Under the pieces are notes generated by a model, which was not told where the DNA came from, ran no database searches, and worked only from the letters and a program-made list of their open reading frames with translations. The position numbers and the translations under genes are program-made. A stretch of DNA of 64,000 bases from assembly GCA_000708835.1 (NCBI GenBank), contig DF237427.1:1-64000 (forward strand). The letters run 5' to 3'. Every line of letters begins with the position of its first letter. Position 1 is the stretch's first letter. This DNA comes from Klebsormidium nitens (taxonomy: Eukaryota; Plantae; Klebsormidiophyceae). Below, piece after piece: positions 25,801-37,800 of the stretch.

Positions 25801-28800
25801 GAGTCCCGATCTTAGAGAGCATTCTCACCTGCTCTCTTTTCCTCGCGGCCAGCTCTTTCTTCTCTGCTATGCTTCCCGCCTCCGCTGCTGCCGCCTTCAA
25901 CTTCTCGGCCGCCACCTTTTCGTCCAGTGCCCGCTCCTCTGCTTTCCGCGCCTCGGATCGCAGAGTCTGTCCTTCTAGTTCCAGCTGAAGAGAGCAGACA
26001 AGGAATGACGTCAGAGAACCCGTCATGGTCTGTAGCTTGGGAACCATTTCGAGCGCGAAGGTCGTGATTACGGCCGTTTGAAGAGCCGAGAGAGAAGCTA
26101 CCCTTCAATGCCCACCTCTGTTTCACAAGGCGTGACACAAGCATGTGAGGAGTGCTGCTTGTTCAACTCTCAAACGTGTCTAACTCCCGCTTTGCTGCAC
26201 AGTTTCAGTGTTCAAGACCAGGAGTTTAGAGGCCCCAAGGGCTCGACGGGGTGCATTGCGATCGATTAGACGTGTTCCAGCCTCCAATGCTACTCATACT
26301 TGATTCCAATGCTTTTCACATCATTCAGAAGAAGGTAGTCCTTCCATAACCCGGTTGACTATCGTCTCTGGGTCATAAAAAACGTTCCTCGTGCCTTTGC
26401 GAGGAGAAACTTTTCAAACAGTGGCGACAAGCCTCTTTTTGGATTCTCTGAAAGAAACGCTGGTTGTCTCGCGCGCTCTCGTCGATTTTTGCAGTGTCCT
26501 GGAGCTTTCCCCCTGACCTGGAGATCCTGAGATAGAGTTGAGCAACCTTTGGTTCAGCAGAATAGAAAGCGACTCGCTCCTCACCTCGTCTCGATCTAGC
26601 CGCAGCTTGTCCTGTCCGCTCTTGAGCGCCCTCTCCCGCTCTTCGCACTTCTCTTCCCGCACTTTCATCAGCTCGCTGCTCCCTATAGCGTCCCGTTTCA
26701 AGCGCTCCTCTTCCGCTGCTACTGACCGCTCCCGCCTGGCGACTTCCGCTAAAGCAGTGCCAGTTTCAGCGCGTTCTTTCCTCGCTGCTTCCAACGCCAA
26801 ACGACCCTCTGCAGAGCGGGAAGGATCGATGTTTAGGCCTGCTTTTCTTCTGATGATACTCAGCTTTTTATGCTTGGAGTTTTAGGTGTAACATCTCTTT
26901 TTCTGCTGTTACTGACCACTCTCGCCGTGCCACCTCAGCAAGGACGGTACCAGTCTCCGCGCGTTCTTTTCCGGCGGCTTCTAAAGGCAGACGACCCTCT
27001 GGAAAGAAAAGAAACATCTAGTTTGGAGCTATTCAGGGTGTAGATTAGTCTCCGTTCGATGTTTCGAGCCTTCTGACAGATGGCTCTATTGCTGTCACTG
27101 ACCGCTCCCTTCTTGTGACTTCCGCCAGACCAGTTGCGCTTCAGAGCGTTTTTTCCTTGCGGCTTGGAACGCGAGACGACCTCTGCAAAGATCAAGGGAT
27201 GTGATTTTCGGACTTTTCGAAATATTGGATACTTTGTTCCAACGCTCGAGCTTTTGGTTAACGGGTCTTCATTTGCTGCCACGGACCGCTTTCGCCGCGT
27301 CCCGTCACCAAGGGCGGTACCCGCCTCAGCGCGTTCTTTCCTAGCGGCTTCTAACGCCTGACGACCCTCCTGTTTAAGGTTGGAAAGGAGGTTTGAGATA
27401 AGTTGCGTGCACATTTCGTGTATTTGAGGAACGCAAACGGCTTTTCTTCCGCCCATACCGAGCGCCCTCGCCGTGCCACGTCAGCAAGGGCAGTGCACGT
27501 CTCAGCGCGCCCTTTTCGTGCGGCTTCTAAAGCCGGACGTCAATTTGGAAAGAAAGAAGCAACTATTCATGGTTTGAATGGTCCGGGTATACGGCTTTGG
27601 CTTCTGGTGCACCGCTCCTCTTCCGCTGCTACATAACGCTCCGGTCGCGCCACAACCGGGCGATTGTCTTGCGGCTTCATACGCCAGACGACCCTTTGAT
27701 CGAGGTTGGGAAGGGCAATCTGACAACTGAATAGGATGACGGATTCTGCTTAATGGTTAATGGCACCTCGTGTGAGCGACTAGACACTCCTGCCGGGCCA
27801 CCTCGGTATAGGCGACTGGCTCAAAATCTCTTTTTGCGCCGCTTTCAGAGCGGCTGACATGATGAACGTTACGACGAAGCAACTTTTGGGCAAGAGTAAC
27901 TCGTAGGGGTCAGGCGACTTTGACGAATTTGCAGCCGCAGCTTACAAAACATAAATACAAACGGGTCGAGATAGCGGAAGTACGCACCACGGATTCTTGA
28001 ATCCAGGCTGACCAGCCTCTTTTCCCGTGTGCGGTTTCCACGATCAGGGGACGATCAACTGAAACAAACCGGATGGTCCGGCTTTCTAAAGATAACGACA
28101 GCAAAAACGTTGCCCAAGTGAGGGGAGCCACGTGCCCTTACCTGCCAGCATCTTGGCAGCCTTCTCCTCCCGTCGCGCGTTTTCTTCGCCCATTGACTCC
28201 TCCCGTGCCTCGATCTCCCGCTTCAGCGACTCCATCTCCTTGCTCTGGAAAAACAGAAACGCGGTGTCAATGTAAGAGATGCTCAAACATGACTTGGGAC
28301 TGGATCTGAAGTGCGACGTTGTTGGACGGACGGTCGGCCAGCATCTTTCTTTCAGCGACTCCATCTACTCGTTGAGGAAAGCAGAAATGTGGTGCCAAAG
28401 GAGCTGGTCTGATTTGGATCACAAGAGAGGGTTGCCGTTAGAGGACTCTCTCGTTGAGCAGGAACCGAGAAGAGAGGTTTCGCTCCCGAAACACCCTGAA
28501 AAGAGAGTTTTGTCACACGATTGTGATAGTGACCAGCTTCGAGATCAGAAACGTCGTTGTGGAGGTCGTCCGTGTTGAGAACCGGGTTCTCCAGCAGAGA
28601 CCGCCCGGTCGAAGCCAACGAATTTGCGGTGGAAAGTACCGGGATGGCTCCCGCTGTATCTTAGCCGCTCCTCCCCTTCCTTGGACGTTCTGCCGGGACT
28701 TTCGCAGTCGCTTTCAAAAGCCGACTACTTTTGAAGCTCTGACATGTTCAGCGGGCAAATGGTAAAGGGAACAAAGAACAAACATGTTTTTTTCGTTGTC

Positions 28801-31800
28801 CAGGAAACTGATAATGGTACGAAGTTCCGTACCCATTCTTGAGCCTCCACCGCTGCTTTGGCCCTCTCGTCCTTGAGCGAGCGCTCCCGCGCCTCTAGTT
28901 GCTCGCGCGCTTCCTGCAGACGCGCCTCGTCCGCACGTGCGGCATCCATGCGCGACGATGCTTCGGCCATCTGCAGAACAGAAAGCACCTGTTAGCCAAG
29001 CTTGTCTCGATCCTGTTAGAAGATGTACTGCATGCATACGCGACGATGCTTCTGCCATCTGCTGAAACAGGGCTGCATTATTCAAATCTTCCATCCATCA
29101 TAAAGCGGTATCTTGGAATGTTTATTGGACAAAAGTAACTCGCCCGATTTCAGGCACACCAGCGTCTATTAGGGAGGGAGGTTTCACCGTACGGGGAATG
29201 ATCTTTACATTTGAGTCATACTTCGCGTGCATTTCTCAAGTGAAGCCCGTTGCGAAAGCCACACCTCGTTACAAGCATTTTAGGGGGCCATATGCAAGGT
29301 CACCCATATACCAAATGCATCAGAGAAGGTGCCATTCTTATAGAGCTGTCTTGACCTTTCAACCTGTCACTGAAATGGGGTTCAGTCTCAATCTTTCTAA
29401 CGCGCAAACACTAAAAGTTTCTCACCATCGATTTTGCGGCCGCCACCTGTTTGTTCCGCTTCTCTTCTTGCTCCTTCCACTCCCTTCTCTCCTTCAGTGC
29501 GTCATCCTGTTCATTTCGCGCGTCATCTAACCGCTTCTTGAGCTCCTCCTGTTGCGCCGCCACAGCTCTCTCTCGCCCAACCAGTGCGGCCTCTCTGCAA
29601 AGAGCCGAAATCCCGTTCAGACATTCCGTTGAGCTTACGGTTTCATTTTGTTCAGCCGCTTCTTCGGATCCTCCTGTTGCGTCGCCACCGCTCGCTCTTG
29701 CCCAAATAGTGCGGCCTCTCTGCAGGGCACCGGATATGGATTCAGCGTACTGGCAAGTCAACCCCGAAATCTTTACCGGTATCGTAAGCATGAGGACAGC
29801 TGCCGTTTCTTCAGCTCTTCCTGTTGAGCTGCCGCCGCTCTCTCGCGTCCCACCAGTGCAGCCTCACTGCAAAGAGCCAGGATCCCGTTTCAGACATTCC
29901 GTTGATCTTCCGTTTCCGTTGCAGAGATAGAAGTCTGTCCAGCGGCTTCTTCAGCCCCTCCTGTTGCGCCGCCACAGCTCGCTCTCGCCCCACCAGTGCG
30001 GCCTCTCTGCACAGAACCAGAATTCAAGACAGACGTTCGGTTGACCTTCCGGTTCCATTTTGAACTAGAAGTCTGTGCAGCCGTTTCTCCAGCTTCTTCT
30101 GTTGCGCTGCCACAGCTGGCTCTCACCCCACCAGTCCGGCTCTCTGCAGTGAACCAGAGTATGTTCCGCTGATGTTCCGTTCCCCTGGCGTTCAGTCAGC
30201 TGCAGTTTCGTTTAAATGGGACGTTACAATATAAGAGAGATAATGCATCAATCACCCCTGTTGCACCGGCCCGGCCCGCTCTCGTCCCAGCAGCGCAGCT
30301 TGTGAAAAGTCCGGGCATGATGTGCAGGAAACTACGTTCAGAACAGCCTGACTCTCCTAAAAATCCAGTCATGAATGTCTCAGCTCTTCTCAAAGTGTGT
30401 GCCTGTTTTACGGACTTCAGGATGCAGATACCGATCAGGGACACCCGCAAGCTCCTTTCTGTCGCCCTAGCAAAGTCCTCAACCTGAAACGTGTCGCCTC
30501 TACGCCCGTGCTCGGAGCTGCAACGAGTGCCCCACACCAGAAAGTTCTTTCACTTAAGAGAAGGTTGCAGGTCTGCTACCGGACAATTTGACGAACTAAG
30601 CGGCTGGCCTGCACCACAATCAGACCGAGATTAAAACCAAGCTAAGACCAGGCAGAAACTACGGTCCCAGGACCTTTTTCTGGGCAGATTCGCACCCCAA
30701 AGGTCACCATTCTCTCACTTACGGCTCCACTAGCGCAGGCGATCTCTCACCTCACGCCCAGCACGCGCTTCGCTTCCTCGATCTGCTGCATCGCGCGCTT
30801 CGCCTTCTCTCCCTCCGCCTCCAGCCCCCTCTCCTTTTCTCCCACCCCTAGTTCGCGCGCCACCACCTTTTCGTGCATCTTCTCCAAGGCCCTGTCCCGA
30901 TCGTCCAACGTCTTTTTCCGCGCCTCTAGTTCTGTCTCTTTCTCCCGCGCTCTTTCCAACAGGGCCTCCGCCTCTTCCGCTTGGCGCGTGAGCTCCTCCG
31001 ACCGCTTGTTCTGCGCCTCACGCAGTTTCTGCAGCGCTTTTTCCTCCCGCTCTAGTTTCTGGGCGTGCTGGAGTGCCGCGGTCTCGGCGGCGGCAGTGGA
31101 TTTTTGAAGCGTCTCAATGCGCTCCATAAGCATCGCGCGGTCGATGTCCAGCTGCGCGTGGCGGGCCGAGACGCGCGCTTCACTAGCCTGCAGAAACAAA
31201 GGTCGATGTCAGGTTCTGATTGCCCCGATAATCCTTGACAAAGTGCTCTCAAGATGTACCTCTCAATTGACACTCGAGAAGAGGTAAGAGGCAGGTCAAC
31301 TTTGGCGATATGAGGCGCTCTATGAGGATTGCGCGGTCAATGTTGAGCGTGGCGGCGGAGACGCGCCTTCGCTAGCCTGCAGATGAGAGTGGTGTTCCTT
31401 TAGGGTTTTGTCCTTCGCAAAACTAACCTACACCTCGTTTTAAACAGGCCCTCTCTTTCTACAAGCCGTAAGATGGTACAGTGTCAGCCGTTTCTGCGCT
31501 TCCGAAACGCGTCGTGAGCATATGTAAGGTCGAGGAAAGCATATGCCAGAACGCCTTTTGTACATACCTGGACAGAAGACGGTCGTAAGTAGGTCTATTA
31601 CTTCCTTGTACCCTTTTCTGAGCACCTCTCTCCTCCTTCCGAAGAAGCAGAAACAACGGAGCAAAGGAGGGTGTTTTTCACCCACCTTCAAGGCCTCGTT
31701 CCGCGCCTCTAGGTCGTCTTCCGCCGCGGCCAGCTTCCGTTCCTTGTCGGCCACTTCCGTTTCCCGCAGCTCGAGCGCCGCGCGCGCACCCTCTACCATC

Positions 31801-34800
31801 TCCTTCGCGCGCCGCTCGCGTTGGCCAGCTTCTTCTTCTCGTCGCTCTAGAGCCAGCTCGTGTTCTGCTGCTTCCTGTAGAGAGACGGAAGGGGTAAACG
31901 TCGTGAGATGAGAACGAATGACGTAAGAAACGTGACAGATTGCAGTCTCTGAGTAGGAATCAGCATTTCAAGAAATATCCAATCGCTGCTTCATCTCCTT
32001 TGCGCGCCGCCGGCCTCCTCTTTTTTGCGCCGCTCTAAAGCTAGCTCGTGTTCTGCCGCTTCCTGTAGGGCGGAAACACGACAGAGTTTAGGACAGATGC
32101 AAGCGATTATATCGAAGGTCCAGTTTGAGCAGCTCTTAAGCGCCACTCGCGCACTCTCCCCCATCTCTTTCCGGCGCTGGCTCGCGCCGCCCCGCCTCTT
32201 CTTTGCAGTACTCCAGCACTAGCTCGTATTCCATCCCTTCCATAGGGCGGAAAGTCTTAGGGACGTGCAGACAGAACGATGTACAAAGCGAGGACAGACT
32301 GCAGAATAATTGGACACTAAAAGAGGGCCAGGTCTGAGCTATCTTGAGCGCCGCTGGCCACACCTAGTCTCCCCTCTACTCCGCACACTCCACCACCTAA
32401 ATCACGCCGTCCCTCTTGTTGTTACCGCGTCGTACTGTTTGTCGGAAACCTGAAAAGTGAGTCCTTCACTGAAACGAAGAGGAGCAGACTTCGGCACGCC
32501 ATGTTCAAGAGGCGGCTCATCGTCTCTTCTCTTTCCGCGCACTCCGCGCCTTTGCTCGCGACGTCTCGCTCCCAGTTCGTTGTCGCCTCATGCTTTCGTG
32601 AGGGACCCAGAAAGAGGTACCCAGAAACTTCGTCGAAGAAATGTAAAGAGCACCCTACCTTCAAGTGACGACTCATCGTCTCCTCTCTTTCCGCACACTC
32701 CGCCTCTCGGTTTGCGACGTCTCGTTCCCGCTTCGTGATCGCCTCGACGGTCTCCCGGCACTCTCGCGCGGCAGCTTCCGTCTCCTGACGTTGCATGTCC
32801 ATTTCGCTGACGGCAGCCTCCATCGCCGTAAACCGCTCCGTTAAGGCGGTCTGGGCTGCGGCGATCTCACGTCGTTGTTCCTCCTGATTGAGAGTCAACA
32901 GAAACAGGGTTAAGAATTTTGGACACGCGCGGAAATATCACGTCTCGTATTTCGACGATATCACGGTTTTCTTGACGTTGCATGTCCATGTCACTGACGG
33001 TTGCCTCCATCGCTGAAAACCGCTCCTTCAAGCCGCTCTCAGCTGCGGCGATCTCGCGCCTCTGCTCCTTCCGATGAAGAGTAGACCAGAAACAGACTCA
33101 ATAAGAGCGACTCGCGTCGCCACGTGAAGTCTCAGATTGTGAAACATGTCTAAGGCTGACGAAATCGATCTGTCGCTGACGGCAGCCGCAATTGCCGTAG
33201 ACCGCTCCGGTCAGGGCGGTATTGGCTGTGGCAATCTAGTCGTTGCTACTTCTGTGAAGAGATACATTTGCGAGTTTGCAAAGGCAGCTCTATGGATCAA
33301 CCAGAACTTGAGAATGTGGAAGTTCTCAATCTGCCGCAAGTTCGATTCGATGCAACCTGCTTCTGGCCTGTGTGCATCCAGCAATATTCCAACTTCGACC
33401 GTGATAGAGCTAAAAGGAGGACCGGAAAATCAACGTATCAGAAAAGAACACTAGGACTCTTTTTCTGTTTTTTTTACACACACAAGAACCAAAATGAACA
33501 TTAGGATGCCCCACCAGCTTCTTGGCTTCCAGGGCGAGGCTGTCCCGCTGCGCCGCGACATGCTTGTATCGCTCTTTAACGTCTTCTTCTCTTTTACGCA
33601 GCAGCTTCTCGTTTTCCTCCTCTTGCCGCTGCACGTTCCGGATCATCAGCTCCATCTCTTTTCGCCGCTCCTCCAATCTGAAAGCAGACGAGAAACAGTC
33701 GCGTCAATGGTGCTATGCCGTTATGTTCAGCAGTCGTTCGTAGCCCTCCCTCGCATCATTTGAAAGCGCAAAACCGGAGCCTTCTCATGATCTGCTCTAT
33801 TGTCCGTTGTTTCGCCCCTTCTCCAATGGCGTTCTTCCTTCGTGCCCGCTTTCGGCGCCTCCAAAGCGAAACGCCTCCGATCTACGTGAATGCGAGAATC
33901 AAGAACTGAGTACCGATACAAACACTTCAATTCTCACCTGATTTTAAATCTTTCCTTCTGCCCCGACCCCTCCTTTCCGTCCCACTCCACGCCTATAACT
34001 CTTTGCGATGCAGAAAGCTCACCCTAATTCTAGGGTGTCAGAGCAAAAAGCCTAAAAGGTCAGGTCCTCAAACGTTTCAAACCTTAGCTGTCTCGGCCCT
34101 TTCTTTCTGCCTTGCCCTTCCTTTCTTTTACTTTCCACGCCCTCCATCTCGACCTTCGCCGCCTCCTCCAATCCCGACACCCAAACCCCCGTCACACAAC
34201 TAAACCAAACCAAACCGAACCAGACCAAACCAAACCAAACCAAACCTCGTTCGAAGTTTCAGAAGCCTCCCATGCTTACCTCGTTTCCGCCCTTTCTTTC
34301 TGTTCCCGCCCTTCCTTCCTCTCCCGTTCCACTCCCTCCATCTCGACCTTTGCCGCCTCCTCCAACCGTCTCGCGCTCTTCTCCTTCTCGCTCGCCTCCA
34401 TCAAGAGCGCGCGCGCGCGCGCGGCCTCAGCATGCGCGCGCTCGGCGTCGGCGCGCGCGCGCTCCTCCTCGCTCTGGAGGCGCTCCTCCCGGCGGCTCAC
34501 GGCGATCTCGCGCGCGCTCAGGCTGGCCTGGCGGTCCTTGAGCTCGCGCACAGCAGCGTCCAAATCCTGTAAATCAGGAGATTGGTTGTCAATCACTCAC
34601 TTCTCTTTCGTTTATCGTTGGGTTTTTCAGATGGTTGAGGTTTTCCGAGAAACGCTGACAGGCCGTCACAACATGGGGTGGTTGGTTTGCCGTACTTCAA
34701 GCTTGGGCTCTGCTGCATTGACATCGGCGAGTTGGAGTAGATTCATTGCATTCCGACATCCTATCCAACCGGAAAGACCTTAAGAGACCAAACGGGATTT

Positions 34801-37800
34801 TGGGCTCCATAACCTTCAAACGAAGTACCGCTCGCCACGCGTCTTGAGTGCAATATCTCATCGGCCGTCTTTTATGTGAAACCTTTTCCGCTGAATATAG
34901 GGCAGCCAGCTTTGGAGTGACCTCAGCACACTTCTCAGGCCTGCTCAGCCCTGAAGTTTGGAAGGAGACTACAACCCATTCTCACCCACCTCTCGTCTAG
35001 AGTGCAGTTCTTCCTCCAGCGCCTCTTTCTCCTCCACCAATTTGCGCTCGACCTCCGCCAGCCGCCCCTCCTGTGACGTCAGCCGCTCCTCTCGCCGTCG
35101 CGCGCGCTTCTCCGCGATCTCAAACTGCTCTTGCGCGGCCTCAAATTGACGCGCTTGCTCGTCGAACTGCGCCGCTTTGACGTCCATGGCGCGAGTAGCG
35201 GCTTTTGCTGCGGCCTCCATTTCTTCCAACTGCAAGACAGAGAAGCAATAGACGTTGCACGGCATTGGTCGGCGAACCAAAATATGCTGGAGTGAGGAAG
35301 TCTTGAGTCGTCGAGCAGACCACGCATCCTCAAACTGACGCAGTTGATCTTGGAAACGGGCGCTTTGATTTTTAGAGTGCGGGTGGTTGCTACGCCGCGG
35401 CCTCGATCTTGAGTAAGAAGATTGGAAAAGAAGCGATCCCGTGATGAAGTTTCTCCATCAGGGAGAACGTGAGCAGCATTCAGTTGACAGTGTTAGGTCG
35501 CAAACCGTGCGGATGACATGGAAGCTTCTCGGAATTCACTTGGATGCAGGATTCGTCGAGGCATAACACATCGAAGGTCAGGACGCGCAGTCCCGATTTC
35601 GGGCTTGCTTCAACTTTACCTCCGCTTGGGGCGGCTTGGCCATGGTCGCGCATCGCTTTCAGGAATGCAGAACCGTGACGGCGATTTGCAGCGCCGTTTG
35701 CAGGCAAAGCCCTCGAATTCGAATCACAGATTCACAGAGCACGAAAAAAATGGAAAAAGTGGAATACACACATGAAAGTGGTCAAGGAACACTACCTTCT
35801 TCAGCTTGCTCTTTTCCTCTTCCAAAGCCTCCCCCTCTCTCCGCAGCTCCTTCTTCGCGTCTTTCAGCGCCAATTTCTCCCGCTCTAGTTCCTCCTTCCC
35901 CTGCGCGATTTCCTCCTCGTGCACCGCCAAAAACTGCGCCGTCTTTTCCGCTCTGCTGACGCGCGCGCTCAGCTGGCCCTCGCGCGTGCTGAGCTCAGCG
36001 GCCTTCTCCTCGAGGGCCACAGAGCGCTCCGCCAAATTCCGTTCCGTTGCAGCCTTGGCCGCGACTGCAGGGGGCGGAGAAAGGGTTCAACACCTGCCCA
36101 AGAATCAGACTCTAAAAGAATGTAATATGCGATGCTCCTATGATCCTGGAGCAGCTCGGCGAGCGTTTTCCTCAAGCGTTCCGCCTGCTTCGTTTCCGAT
36201 CCAGCCTTATTCGCGACCGCAGGGGGCAGAATGGGAATCCAACAACGCCCCACAAAATATAAGGCTTGTGCTCAGCATAGAGCTAGATTTTGCGGTCGTG
36301 AAGCAGCACAAGGCAATCCGATCCTGAAGCAAGTTTTCTCACCCCACTTTCGTTGCGCCGCCCCATGCTCTTCTTGCGCCTCAGCCAATGCCGCCTTCAG
36401 TCCTTCTAGCGCCTTTTGAGACGCTTGCACAGCGGCTTCGCGCCCCTCTAGTCCTTCCAGTTCAGCTGCCCGAGTCTTGACCTCGCTCGCCTGCACAGAA
36501 ACGCTGCGTGTCCGAAACCATAGAGTAGTATTGTTTCTCGGAGAAAACGTACTGTGGAAAAAGGACAAAACGAGTGCAGATAGCCGTAAAATGACATTTG
36601 AGACGCCTGCACGGGTGTCTCGCGCGCTTCCAGACCCTCCAACTTGGCAGCTTGGGTCCTGGCTTCGTCCATCTGCGAGCAGTCGCCTACGTTTCAGCCA
36701 CGACGCACTCGGACTGGCCAAGATCATTAAGTCGTAAAGTGATCAGCTTCACTAATGACCAGCAGAAGCATCACAAGCACCCTTTGCCACCCGTCCTCAT
36801 CGCATCCGATAGTAGAGCAGTCTGCAGAAGCAAAGCACGTCAAAATGTTGTTCTACAGCCCTGTCTCAGTCCGCGTTTGGCAGATTTGTCGGAATTTTCG
36901 CACTGTATCTTCCTTTCCGACGTAAGTAGAAAACTAATCTCGGAACTGATTACTGAACAACACACGTGGCGAAGTTGAAAAAAAGCAGCAAGCCCCACAA
37001 GCACCAGGACGTCTCAGAAGTACGGCGGAAAGCCTGGCAATCAGAAGCCCCTTTCTGCTTCTCCCTATCTTCTGTTCATCATTAAACGCTAAGCCGGGCA
37101 AGAGCAAAACATTGCTGTGGCCGTCAAAGTTTGGATTGCAGTCTGCACAAGAATAGTCGGAAGAATGACTCCCAACAACAAAGTTTTCAGAACGGGCAAT
37201 CCCAACAGCAGAACGGTAGGAACAATGTCCTACAAACTGACACCTCGAAACTCTGTTCGTCCTCACCAGCTGCCTCAAGCGCTTCTCTTCGGTAGCCATC
37301 TTCTCCTCTTGTTCTCGAAGCCCTTCTTCCGCTTCCTCGATCGTCTTCTGTTTCTCCGCAAGAGCTTCCTCCTTGGCAGCTAACGTTTCTTCCAGCGCCG
37401 TGGCTCGTTTCTCGCACGCAGCAAGGGCCTGAACAGTGAAGACCAGAATTTCAGCTCTTTCGACTTGAACTTCGATGAAGCGCACTAGCGCTCGCAGAGA
37501 GGTGAGTCCCTCAAGAGAAGGCTAGCGGTTATCTTGCCTAACGCTTCTCGGATGGACAGCAGTCTCAGAAGAGTCTAAACGACGACATGATGCCTCCCCG
37601 TCTTGAGTGACTTCTTCATAAGCTTGCCATCGTTCCCAAGCCGAGACCGGATGCACTTTGTCCTATCAGGGTGACAATTGACTTGTTCCACTCTCGTGCT
37701 TAATCAAAGCATCTCTTCTACAGGAAACGTTTTGCCATTACGGCTGTGACAATCAAACATCTCGTTTCCTTGCGACAGCCTTCTCTTGTTATTACCCCTT

